A stretch of 64,000 nt of DNA from Scyliorhinus canicula (lineage: Eukaryota). Below the pieces are notes generated by a model that did not search any database, was not told where the DNA came from, and worked only from the letters and a program-made list of their open reading frames with translations. Each line of letters starts with the position of its first letter. Within the stretch, counting starts at the first letter, position 1. Shown here one piece after another: positions 49,538 through 61,884 of the stretch. A program made the translations under genes and the position numbers. The stretch spans positions 46,193,404-46,257,403 of the forward strand of contig NC_052155.1 in assembly GCF_902713615.1 (NCBI RefSeq). The letters are read 5' to 3'.

Positions 49538-52500
49538 AAAGAACAAAGAAAAGTACAGCACAGAAACAGGCCCTTTGACCCTCCAAGTCTGAGCCGACCA
49601 TGCTGCTCGTCTAAACTAAAATCTTCTACACTTCTACGGTCCATATCGCTCTATTCCCATCCTATTCATGTATTTGTCAAGATGCCCCTTAAGCGTCACT
49701 ATCATCTCTGCTTCCACCACCACCTCCGGCAGCGAGTTCCAGGCACCCACTACCCTCTGTGTAAAAAGACTTGCCTCGTCCATCTCCTCTAAACCTTGCC
49801 CCTCGCACCTTAAACCTATGCCCCTGAGTAATTGACCCCTCTACCCTGGGAAAAAGTCTCTGACTATCCATTCTGTCTATGCCCCATATAATTTTATAGA
49901 CCTCTATCAGGTCGCCCCTCAACCTCCGTCATTCCAGTGAGAACAAACAGAGTTTATTCAACCGCTCCTCGTAGCTAATGCCCTCTATACCAGGCAATAT
50001 CCTGGTAAATCTCTTCTGCACCCTCTCTAAAGCCTCCACATCCTTCTGGTAGTGTGGCGACCAGAATTGAACACTATAGTCCAAGTATGGCCTAACTAAG
50101 GTTCTATACAGCTGCAACATAGAAATTAGAAAAATACAGCACAGAACAGGCCCTTCGGCCCACGATGTTGTGCCAAACTTTTGTCCTAGATTAAGAACAG
50201 ATTAATCTACACCCCATCATTCTGCCGTAATCCATGTACCTATCCAATAGCCGCTTGAAGGTCCCTAATGTTTCCGACTCAACTACTTCCACAGGCAGTG
50301 CATTCCATGCCCCCACTACTCTCTGGGTAAAGAACCTACCTCTGACATCCCCCCATATCTTCCACCATTCACCTTAAATTTATGTCCCCTTGTAATGGTT
50401 TGTTTCACCCGGGGGAAAAGTCTCTGTCTGTCTACTCTATCTATTCCCTTGATCATCTTATAAACCTCTATCAAGTTGCCCCTCATCCTTCTCCGTTCTA
50501 ATGAGAAAAGGCCTAGCACCCTCAACCTTTCCTCGTAAGACCTACTCTCCATTCCAGGCAACATCCTGATAAACCTCCTTTGCACCTTTTCCAAAGCTTC
50601 CACATCCTTCCTAAAATGAGGCTACCAGAACTGCACACAGTACTCCCAATGTGGCCTTAACAAGGCTTTGTACAGCTGCATCATCACCTCATAACTCTTA
50701 AATTCAATCCCTCTGCTAATGAACGCTAGCACACCATAGGCCTTCTTCACAGCTCTATCCACTTGAGTGGCAACTTTCAAAGATCTACGAACATAGACCC
50801 CAAGATGGCAAGAACCCTACTGTTAACCCTGTATTCCGCTTTCATATTTGTTCTTCCAAAATGGACAACCTCACAATTTTCAGGGTTAAACTCCATCTGC
50901 CACTTCTCACCCCAGCTCTGCATTCTATCTACGTCTCTTTGCAGGCGACAACAGCCCTCCTCACTATCCACAACTCCACCAATCTTCGTATCGTCTGCAA
51001 GTTTACTGACCCACCCTTCAACTCCCTCATCCAAGTCATTAATGAAAATCACAAACAGCAGAGGACCCAGAACTGACCCCTGCGGTACGCCACTAGTAAC
51101 TGGGCTCCAGGCTGAACATTTGCCATCCACCATCACTCTCTGACCTCTATCGGTTAGCCAGTTCGTTATCCAACTGGCCAAATTTCCCACTATTCCATGC
51201 CTCCTTACTTTCTGCATAAGCCTAACTTGACTTGCCAATTTTTATACTCAATGCCCCGGCCAATGCTGGCAAGCATGCTGTATGCCTTCCTGACTACCTT
51301 CTCCACCTGTGTTGTACCTTTCAGTGACCTCTGGACCTGTACACCCAAGATCTCTCTGACTGTCAATACTCTTGAGGGTTCTACCATTCACTGTATATTC
51401 CCTACCTTTATTAGACCTTCCAAATGCATTACCTCACATTTGTCAGGATTAAATTCCATCTGCCATCCCTTCGCCCAAGTCTCCAAACTATCTAAATCCT
51501 GCTGTATCCTCTGACAGTCCTCATCGCTATCTGCAATTCCACCAACCTTTGTGTCGTCCGCAAACTTACTAATCAGACCAGTTATATTTTCCTCCAAATC
51601 GTTTATATATACTACAAACAGCAAAGGTCCCAACACTGATCCCTGCGGAACACCACTAGTCAGAGCCCTCCAATCAGAAAAGTACCCTTCCATTGCTACT
51701 CTCTGCCTTCCAAGACTTAGCCAGTTCTGTATCCATCTTGCCAGCTCACCTCTGATCCCGTGTGACTTCACCTTTTGTATCAACCTGCCATGAGGGACCT
51801 TGTCAAAGGCCTTCCTGAAGTCCATATAGACAACATCCACTTCCCTACCTGCATCAATCATCTTTGTGACCTCTTCAAAAAACTCTATCAAGTTAGTGAG
51901 ACATGACCTCCCCTTCACAAAACCGTGCTGCCTCTCGCTAATACGACCACTTGCTTCCAGATGGGAGTAGATCCTGTCTTGAAGAATTCTCTCCTGTAAT
52001 TTCCCTACCACTGAAGTAAGTCTCACCGGCCTGTAGTTCCCTGGATTATCCTTGCTGCCCTTAAACAAAGGAACAACACTGGCTATTCTCCAGTCCTCCA
52101 GGACATCACCTGAAGACAGTGAGGATCCAAAGATTTCTGTCAAGGCCTCAGCAATTTCCTCTCTTGCCACCTTCTGTATTCTGGAGTAAATCCCATCACG
52201 CCGCGTGGACCTATCCACCTTAATATTTTTCAAGACGCCCAACACCTTGTCTTTTTGGATCTCAATGTGACCCAGCACACCGTTCTCCAGACTCCACAAT
52301 CACCAATTCCTTCTCTTTGGTGAATACCGATGCAAAGTATTCATTTAGTACCTCGCCCATTTCCTCGGCTCCACACATAGATTCCCTCCCCTGTCCTTCA
52401 GTGGGCCAACCCTTTCCCTGGCTACCCTCTTGCTTTTTATGTACGTGTAAAAAGTCTTGGGGTTTTCCTTAACCCTATTTGCCAATTACTTTGCTTGACC

Positions 52501-53730
52501 CCTTTTAGCACTCCTGACTCCTTGCTTAAGTTCCTTCCTACTTTCTTTATATTCCACACAGGCTTTGTCTGTTCCCAGTCTTCGAGCCCTGACACATGCC
52601 TCCTTTTTCTTTTTGATGAATATCTCTCGTTATCCAAGGTTCCTGAAATTTGCCATATATATCCTTCTTCCTCACAGGGGCATGCCAGTCCTGAATTCCT
52701 TTCAACTGCTATTTGAATGCCTCCCACATGTCAGATGTTGATTTACACTCAAACATCAGCCCCCAATCTAGGTTCTTCAGTTCCCGCCTAATATTGCTAT
52801 AATTAGCCATCCCCCAATTTAGCATATTCACCCTAGGACCACTCTTATCCTTGTCCACCAGCACTTCAAAACTTACTGAATTGTGGTCACTGTTCCCGAA
52901 GTGCTCCCCTACTGAAACTTCTACCACCTGATTGGGCTCATTCCCCAATACCAGGTCCAGTACAGCCCCTTCCCTAGTTGGACTATCTACATATTGTTTT
53001 AAGAAGCCCTCCTGGATGCTCCTTACAAACTCTGCCCCGTCCAAGCCCCTAGCACTAAGTGAGCCCCAGTCGATATTGGGATAGTTAAAGTCTCCCATCA
53101 CAATAACCCTGTTGCTTATACTCCTTTCCAAAATCTGTCTACCTATCTGCTCCTCTATCTCCCACTGGCTGTTGGAGGCCTGAAGTAAACCCCCCAACAT
53201 TGTGACTGCACCCTTCTTATTTCTGATCTCTACCCATATAGCCTGGCTGCCCTCTGAGGTGTCCTCCCGCAGTACAGCTGTGATATTCTCCCTAATCACT
53301 GGCGCAACTCCTCCACCTCTTTTACATCCCCCTCTATCTCGCCTGAAACATCTAAATCCTGGAATGTTTAGCTGCCAATCCTGTCCTTCCCTCAACAAGG
53401 TCTCTGTAATGGCAACAACATCATAGTTCCAAGTACTAATCCAAGCTCTAAGTTCATCTGCCTTACCTGTTATACTTCTTGCATTAAAACATATGCACTT
53501 CAGGCCACGGTCCCTCTGTTTTCAGCAACATCTCCCTGTCTGCTCTTTGTCAGAGCCATAGTGGCTCTATTTCCTAGTTCTCCCTCAATTTTTTCACCTT
53601 CTGACCTATTACTCCTTCTGACCACCCCCCCCCCCTGCCATCCTCCCGCGTGACACTAGCAAACCTTGTGGCCAGGATATTTATGCCCCTCCAGTTTATT
53701 CATGCAACTCGTCCTCCTTATGCAGGTCAG
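49538..53730 (-). mobile_element. Near-complete CR1 ORF2 (young, frameshifted) with nested CR1 at 50120-51223
   Basis: 229-aa EN ORF (52709-53398) and 303-aa RT ORF (51388-52299: GVPQGSVLGPLLF, KFADDTK). The nested copy is flanked by aacat/aactt. Confidence 0.9.
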
Positions 53731-53769
53731 TTCATGGGATGAGGAAAGGCAGTTCATGGGCTGAGGAAG

Positions 53770-54170
53770 TTCAGTTACCTGGGTAGATTCGAGAAGTTGG
53801 GCTTGTTCTCTTTGAAGAAGAGAAGATTAAAGGATTTGTTGGACATTTGAAATCATAGGAATCTGGACTTGGTAAATAGGGAAAAACCCTTCCCATTGGT
53901 GGAAAGATCAATAATGAGAGGGCACAAAATAAGGAAATTGGCAAAAGAAGCAAAGGAGACATGAACATTTTCAGTGCGTGGTTGGGATCTGCAATGTGCT
54001 GCCTGAGTGTATGGTGGAGACCATTTTAGTCGAGACATTCAAGAGGAGATTGGATTATTATTGAAAAGGAAGAATGGGCAGGGCTATACAGGGAGGAGGC
54101 AGGGAGTGGCACTCTGTGAATTGCTCCTTTTGGAGAGCCATCTTCTGTGCTCGAAGAATTCTGTAAAATA
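53770..54170 (+). mobile_element. Diverged CR1 3' end
   Basis: FSY.GRFEKLGLFSLKKRRL motif and 3'UTR. Confidence 0.65.
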
Positions 54171-54214
54171 TGTGAAAAGGGTTGAGTAGGACATAAATAT
54201 TTGTATGGTCATTG

Positions 54215-54330
54215 TCAGCTTTGACAAAGGATCATCCAGACTCGACATTAGCGCTGTCAGATCTGCTGAGATTGTCCAGTATTTTCTGTTTTTGATTCAA
54301 ATGCCAGCACCTGCAGTAATTTGCTTTTAT
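54215..54330 (+). mobile_element. Penelope-like terminal repeat fragment
   Basis: ctgtcagatctgctgagattgtccagtattttctgtttttg..ccagcacctgcagtaatttgctttt matches the right arm of the 21050 element. Confidence 0.55.
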
Positions 54331-57200
54331 CCCTATTCATATACTCAAATCCTCTCACTATAAAGGCCACATGCCATTTGCCTACTTTACTGCCGGTTGT
54401 AGTGCGTTCTTGCTTTCAGCAACTGATGCACGAGGTCACTTTTGGGTCTCACTTGAGTATCCACCTCTCTGTTTACACCCATTCAAATAATAATCTGCCG
54501 TCTGATTTTGCTACAAAATCGGATAACCTCACATCTATCCACATTATACGGCATCTGGCATGCATATGCCCACTCACACAGCCTGTTCAAATCCTGCTGA
54601 AGCATCTGTGCATCCTCCTCACAGCTCACCCACCCACCCAACTTTGTATCATCTGCAAATTTGGAGATAATGATATAGACAAAGACATAGAACATAGTGC
54701 AGAAGGAGGCCATTTGGCCCATTGAGTCTGCACCGACCCACTTAAGCCTTCACTTCCACCCAATAACCCCATCTAACCTTTTTTCTGAACACTAAGGGGC
54801 AATTTAGCATGGCCAATCCACCTAACCTGCATGTCTTTGGACTGTGGGAAGAACCCGGAGCACCTGGAGGAAACCCACGCGGACACGGGGAGAGCGTGCA
54901 GACAGTGATCCAGCAGGGAATTGAACCTGGGACACTGGCGCCGTGAAGTCACAATGCTGCATTTAGTACCTTCGTCCAAATCATTAATATATATACTTCT
55001 GGGGTAGAAAATTCCACAGGTCACTACTTTTAGTGAAGAAATTTCTCCTAATCTCGGTCTTAAATGGTCTATCCCATGGATAAAAATTAGGTAAAATTAA
55101 CATTAAAAAATGAAATTGGGATAAAAGAAAATAAACGGTGAGATGTCTGAAAGGATATTGAGAAATTAATTAACATATCGTTGAGAAAACAAGTGTTTAT
55201 CTAGATGACTAGAGGAAAACAATGAGGGTACAAAAAAGGTAATTTCAGTGTGTGTGCGTGTATATGTAAAACACTGACTCTACTGGGTGGATAAATCAAT
55301 GGGGAAAACATGGCATATCCATTACAGTGACTGGAGAAAAATTGAGACATAGACATACACAGACACAGAAGGAGCTGCCACCAGCTGCAGAAACAGTCTC
55401 CTGAAAGCAAGTTATTGCTAACCAGTCAGCCTGTTAAGATAAAAGCCCAAACTGAGCATATTTTGCCTTTGCTGTTACTAAAGACTGCTTTTCCCAAACG
55501 GGGCCACATAACCTGTGCATGGTCACTATTTGCTGGATTTATCTTGTAGAGTTATATAATATTGGATGTTGTTTGGGAACAAAGGGGCGTCTCAGTTCAG
55601 GGAATGTAGGTACTTGGAACCAAGGGCTAATTTCCTGTAATACTGTTGAGAGTGTGTATTTTTCGTCCTTTTAAGTTGATAAATGTTCTTTATTAAGTCA
55701 CACAATTAAATAAATTATTTTTATTTTATTTATTAATTGTTCACACAATGAGTGGATTATTTATTTCCTGGTTCACACATTTTTCTCACCGTATACCAAA
55801 TTAAAAATATACATCACTAAGAACCGGTGTTCCAAGTTACCCTTCTGTGTTTTGGGATACTCTCAATTAACAGCAAGGGGGTTCTTAACACAGTATCTTG
55901 AGACTGTGACCCCTTGTTTTCGACCCCACAGCATGAGGGAACACCATCCCTGTGTCCAGACAACCCTGTTAGAATTTTATACATTTCAGTTAGGGCCCCC
56001 CATTCTTCTAAATTCCACTGAATAGGCCCATTCAACCCAATATCCTACCATCCCAGGAATCGGTCTGGTGAGCCATGCACTCCCTCTACATAGAACATAC
56101 AGTGCAGAAGGAGGCCATTCGGTCCAACGAATCTGCATCGACCCACTTAAGTCCCCACTTCCACCCTATCCCCATAACCCAATAACCCCATCTAACCTTT
56201 TTTTGGACACTAAGGGGCAATTTATCATGGCCAATCCACCTAACCTACACGACTTTGGACTGTGGGAGGAAACAGGAGCACCCAGGGGAAACCCACTCGA
56301 GCACAGGGAGAACGTATGAAAGGTATATCTTTCAACCTCCAAAGTGGCCTCGTCAAGGGCCTGTACAACTGTAGTCAGGCATCCTTGCTCCTGTACTCCG
56401 GTCCTCTGGCAATGAAGGCCAGCATGCCATTTTCTTTCTCAACTGCTTGCTGTTCCTGCATGCTTGCCTTCAGTGACTAGTGTATTATGAAACCCAGGTC
56501 CCTTTGTATATCAACATTTCCCAATTTAGCACCATTTAAATAACACTCTTGCTATTCTGTTTCTCTTCGCCATTACACATCATCTGCTATGTATTGCGCC
56601 AATTCACTCCACTGGTTTAAATCACCCTGAAGCTTCTTAACATCCTGCTCACCACTCCTATTTCTACTAAGTTTTGCATTGCCAGCAAATTTGGAAATAT
56701 TAATTTTAGTGTACCCAATTCTTTTTTTCCCCAATTAAGGGTCAATTTAGCATGGCCAGTTCACCTACCCTGCAGATCTTTTTGGGTTGTGGGAATGGGA
56801 CCCACGCAGGCATGGGGAGAATGTGCAAACTCCACGCGGACTGTGACCCGGGGCCTGGATCGAACCTGGGTCCTCGCACTGAGGCAGCAGTGCTAACCAC
56901 TGTGCCATTGTGCCACCCATTCATCCAAATCATTGATGTAGATTGTGATAAGCTGGGGCCCAAGCACTGATTCCTGCGGGACCCCACTAATCATTGCTTA
57001 TCACTTCGAAAAATTTCTATGGCCACCTCCTTTTGTACCCTGGGGTGTAAATTCAGGCCATGACAATTTATTGGATTTCAGTCCCGTTAACGTTTGCGAC
57101 ATAATTTTTCAAGTAATGCTAATTTCCTTAATTCTTCCTTCTCATTAGACCCTTGATGCTTTTACATTTCTGGGAAGTTATTTATGTCTTTGTCCATTTT
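54330..57200 (-). mobile_element. Cluster of CR1 fragments, V-SINEs (about 54685-54955, 56088-56315, 56700-56918) and an LTR-like insert (about 55077-55890)
   Basis: SKFADDTKLGG. A CR1 3' segment (taaatggtctatccc|gtatcttgagactgtgaccc) is split by about 815 bp ending in TTAACA. Confidence 0.65.
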
Positions 57201-57514
57201 CTAAACTGGGGTCCTTTCTGCTGTCTTTATCCTATCCTTTTATTTTCAATGTTGCCCCTTGTCCTGTCTCCTACAAGTTGATCATCCTGGAATATTTTGA
57301 ACCCAGCATGGCTATTTAGCCACTTGCAGAGCTACGGTTGCTGTGTCTAATATTTTTTGCAGCTAGGAGAATTGCTTATAGGTTATGTAACCCAGTTGCT
57401 AATAAATAAAATAATGGTTGCTTCGCAAATACTTCCATAAGGATCGGGCCAAGTTAGTGGTTTCAGAATTTAATGAAATGTAACTCTGTCCTGATGCTTT
57501 TTCTCTCATTCCAG

Positions 57515-57656
57515 GATCTGTGCTCGATATCATTAAACATGTTGTGGCGAGGGGGGATCACAAGAATGGTGTTTTGGAGGAGGCAGTTATAGCCACTATT
57601 TTGAAAGAAGTACTGGAGGGACTTGATTACCTGCATAAAAATGGGCAGATTCACAG
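57515..57656 (+). CDS. OXSR1: OXSR1 coding exon (probable exon 4): up to the catalytic-loop HR
   Basis: ttctctcattccag|, 142 nt, then |gtaagc. (G)[46 protein letters not shown](R), phase 1 to 2, in frame. OXSR1 versus STK39 is less clear in this exon. Confidence 0.85.
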
Positions 57657-57984
57657 GTAAGCTCAATTTAGTGTGGTCAAATATCATGGCACAGCATAGA
57701 TATCAAAGATGTGACTCAGCAACTGTTCAAAAATGTATAATCTTCATTTTTGCTGCAATGGAATATTTTTAGTTACATATAGATCCTCTGAGTCATCGAA
57801 GGCAATATTTCCATCTCTCTTTGAAAATTATGTGGTCCTTTGGAGGTGAGACCTTAAACAAAATCTCATGTTGAGTCAGCTGTGTGATGCATTTGTGCCT
57901 CAGCAAATCTTGTGAGATCGGCTAATTAAATGTCAAATAAAGGATTAATTTTTGCTAGTGGCAAACTAGCCCCCTGCTGAAACT

Positions 57985-58324
57985 GAACATAGAACAGTAC
58001 AGCACAGAACAGGCCCTTCGGCCCTCGATGTTGTGCCGAGCAATGATCACCCTACTCAAACCCACGTATCCACCCTATACCCGTAACCCAACAACCCCCC
58101 CTTAACCTTACTTTTTAGGACACTACGGGCAATTTAGCATTGCCAATCCACCTAACCCGCACATCTTTGGACTGTGGGAGGAAACCGGAGCACCCGGAGG
58201 AAATCCACGCACACACAGGGAGGACGTGCAGACTCCGCACAGACTCTGACCCAGCCGGGAACCGAACCTGGGACCCTGGAGCTGTGAAGCATTTATGCTA
58301 ACCACCATGCTACCGTGCTGCCCC
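57985..58324 (-). mobile_element. Full-length V-SINE with CR1 tail
   Basis: Near-identical to 35588-35934. Confidence 0.9.
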
Positions 58325-58837
58325 TTGAACCGTGAACCCAGGCAAGTACCTGGAGGTGGTCTCACAATGGCAGGCCGGAGTGACCATCGAGGTCTCATTC
58401 ATTTTCCCTCATCCTAACTCTTTGGAGCTAGGGGTTCTAGGTGGCCACAGCTGTAGCTGCCAGCTATCCTTGGCCTGCCATACTGAGGATTTGACAGCTG
58501 TGGCTACACTCACTCAATGATTGATGAAACAGTCAGAGGGCACCTTCTCCTTGAAGTGCCCTTGTGGTCTCCCACCTACATTGACAACATCCTCCTCTCC
58601 CAGTGTCACTCCTTTCAGTCATCCTGCCTGCCTTACCTTGATATGCGGGTCTGCAGAGGCAGCCTGTTAACTGGCACTATCAAGGTCGAGAGCCACAAAA
58701 TGGAGTTGACACCAAAGAACCTGATAAGGGAAGATTCTGTCCTAAATCTCTCCTCCCTGTTCAATAGCTTGAATAATTGCTAGACCTTTATTGCTCTTGC
58801 CATCTCTTCCTATCTGTCACTTTTGTCTCTCTTTTTT

Positions 58838-59058
58838 AAAATTTTAGAGTACCCAATTCATTTTTTTCCAATTAAGGGGCAATTTAGCGTGGCCAATCCA
58901 CCTACCCAGCACATCTTTTGGGTTGTGGGAGCGAAACCCACGCAGACACGGGCAGAATGTGCAAACTCCACACGGACAGTGACCCAGAGCCGGGATCGAA
59001 CCTGGGACCTCGGCGCCGTGAGGCAACAGGGCTAACCCACTGCGCCACCGTGCTGCCC
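58838..59058 (-). mobile_element. V-SINE, poly(A) variant
   Basis: 16-bp TSD tttgtctctctttttt. Confidence 0.9.
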
Positions 59059-59389
59059 TGTTTGTCTCTCTTTTTTATAAACATTTGCATTTTAAAACCC
59101 AGGCTTGTATCTCCAAATCTTGATTTCCCTTTACCTTCTGTGCAACCTATTTTCAGCTTTTATGTCAAATTCTGTGGACCTCATTCATGCTTGCAGTTTT
59201 ACCTATTTGTAATACTGAGCATTGCATTTGGATTACTTCAAATTGAGGTGCTTTGTATTTACAGAGCAGTTTAGATTTGAATAAAAAATTAAGAAAAAAG
59301 ATCGTCTTTCAAAGGCAATTGGGGATAGGCAATGAACACTGGTCTAGCCAGCGAAGGCCGCATCTCTTGAATAAAAAAAAAATACAGCC

Positions 59390-60215
59390 CAGAAGGGTGG
59401 CACAGTGGTCAGCACTGCTGCCTCAGTGCTCAGGACTCTGGTTTGATTCTAGTCTTGAGTGAGTGTGTGGCGTTTGCACATTCTCCCGCATCTGTGTGAG
59501 TTTCCTCCCACAGTCCAAAGATGTGCAGGTTAAGATTACTGGGGATAGGCCGACAAGGAAAGATTAAATAGACTGCCCTTATTCTCAGGAGTTTAGAAGA
59601 ATCTGAGGGGTGGAGAGGGTGATCGCCTTCAAACATATAGAATTCGTACAGGGCTCGACAGTGTAGATGCAATAAGGATGTTTCCCTTGACTGAGGGGTT
59701 GAGATCCAGGGTGTACAGTCACAGAATAAGGGGCAAGCCACTTAGGACTGAGATAGGGAGGAATTTCTAGGTGATGAATCTTTAGTACCCTCTGCCCCAG
59801 AGGGCTGTGGAGTCTCAGTCATTGGTCTCACTCGTGAACAGTCTCAATAGATTTTTACATATTTAAAACATCAAGGGATACAGAGATAGTGCAGGAAAAT
59901 GGTGTTAGAATCATAGAATTTACAGTGCAGACGGAGGCCATTCAGCTGATCGAGTCTGCATCAGGCCTTAGAAAGAGCACCCTATTTAAGCCCACACCTC
60001 CACCCTGACCCAGTAACCCACCTAATCTTTTGAATACTAAGGGGCAATTTAGCATGGCTAGTCCACGTAACCTGCACATCTATGGACTATGGGAGGAAAC
60101 CGGAGCACCCGGAGGAAACCCTCACAGACCCTTAGATCAGCTATGATCTCATTGAATGGTGGAACGAGCTGAGGGCTGAATGGCCTACTCTTATTTCTTG
60201 TGTTCCTATGTTCAC
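59390..60215. mobile_element. V-SINE fragment (+), CR1 3' end (+) and nested V-SINE (-, about 59906-60130)
   Basis: Similarity to other copies in the window. Confidence 0.7.
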
Positions 60216-61806
60216 ACCCTGCCATCCAAAACGTCAGTAGTGTGACTATTCCTACTGATCACTGCAGAAATTGATCCCTCCCTCACTCTGGCAGAAGTTC
60301 TCCGAGCTAGTTGGCCGGCAGCTTTGTAACCCAGCAGCGGCAGTCATGACCAGGACTGCGACCACTAGTGCCCAGATTCCATCTCCCCGAGTCCAGGACC
60401 AGATACGCGTGGCGAGTCTCATAGGGCGGGTCTTGATGGAGAGGCTGGGGATGGAGAGAGCACCCACAAGGTGCAAACCTTGGTTGGAGTGTGGTGGAGA
60501 ATGTCTGATGTGGAAAGCGGCTCCTCCACCGCCATCTTCCTGTCTGAGGGGGGTGATTTGTCATATTTCCCTCCTCTATGCACTCTCCAGCAATGTTGAG
60601 TGCCTCAACTGTGAAATAATTAGCCATTTAAGACCTTCAGTTGGGGCGAGATCAGGCAAGCTGCCTGCTCCACCTAATATTGTGAACAGGTCTGAGTGGA
60701 ATTCTAAGGCTCTTCCCCCACCCCCCTTTGCCTATGAACCCATTGATGAAGGGACCCTTCAAATTCAGCCCAATTTTGTGTAATTGGGGGTAAATTCTCC
60801 ACTTGCTCATACTGAATGAGTAGGAAATCTTGTCCCTTGTTGGCATGATCACTTGCCAGTTTGAGAATACCATTTTGGGTTTGATGGACTTCAAAAAGCT
60901 GGTAACAACAAAAAAGATGCTTGGGCAGTTTTCTTTGAGATAAAAATGCTCCCCCACTTCCATCTCTTGCGTGATCAACAGATTTGCTGTAGAATTGTCA
61001 GTGGAGCAGTGCAGTCAGGAACGTTCCTCCAAAATGGAGTCAGCACAACTGATCTAGAACCATTTAGAAAAATTGTACCTGCGTTATGATTTTTAACACC
61101 AATTGTGGTTCAATTGGCGGATGCCCCTTATGAATACCCATTATTCTATGTTTAAAGCGTTCGGAATTTCTAAATTAGCTTCCAAGCTGTAACTTGATCC
61201 TGAGTATCTATTCTTTTCTACATACTACAGGCACTGCTGAATCAAATTATTCAGCAAGTAATTACTTCAGTTTATCCAATATTGATGTCGTAGTTCTTTC
61301 ATATGTTGTGAATGATGCATAAATTTGAACTTGCTTTCTAATTGTAACAAAGACATAATGGTTTCCACGGTTTGGTGTGTAGTTCTCCTGTGGAGTGCAG
61401 TAACCCTCCTGGAATTTGTTGCCTGCTATGTGATCGAGATTCAGTGCTGAATAATTAGAATCTCCGTGAAAAGTTTGCAAGCGCACTTAAAATGAGTTTC
61501 CTTTTTTGCCTTCTCTGTCCTCATGCATAAAAATAACTGCTTGACTAGCTTTTAAACAATTGGGGAACAAAATACAGAGCAGAGCAGCACGTGGCTATGC
61601 CAAAAAGAACAGAATAAAACAATGGTGATAATTAGTGGAGAAATCACAGAATGGTTACAACACAGGAGGAGTCTATTTGGCCAGTCATGGTCTGTGCTTT
61701 CTCTGTGAAGCAATTCACCAATGCCACTCTCCCACCTTCTCTCTCTCACCCTGCACATTCTTCCTTTTCAGAGAATCCAATTCCCTCCTGAATGTCTCGA
61801 TTGATT

Positions 61807-61844
61807 TCCTCCTCCTCCTCCTCCTCCTCCTCCTCCTCCTCCTC

Positions 61845-61879
<35 letters not shown>

Positions 61880-61884
61880 CCCCC
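61807..61884. repeat. (TCC)n microsatellite + poly-C inside a minus-strand CR1 3' fragment (about 61640-62590)
   Basis: About 21 perfect TCC units followed by a C run. Confidence 0.95.

Noticed and set aside
51388-53398. 303-aa and 229-aa ORFs as host genes or an active retroelement
   Set aside because: These are CR1 ORF2 pieces separated by frameshifts and split by a nested insertion.
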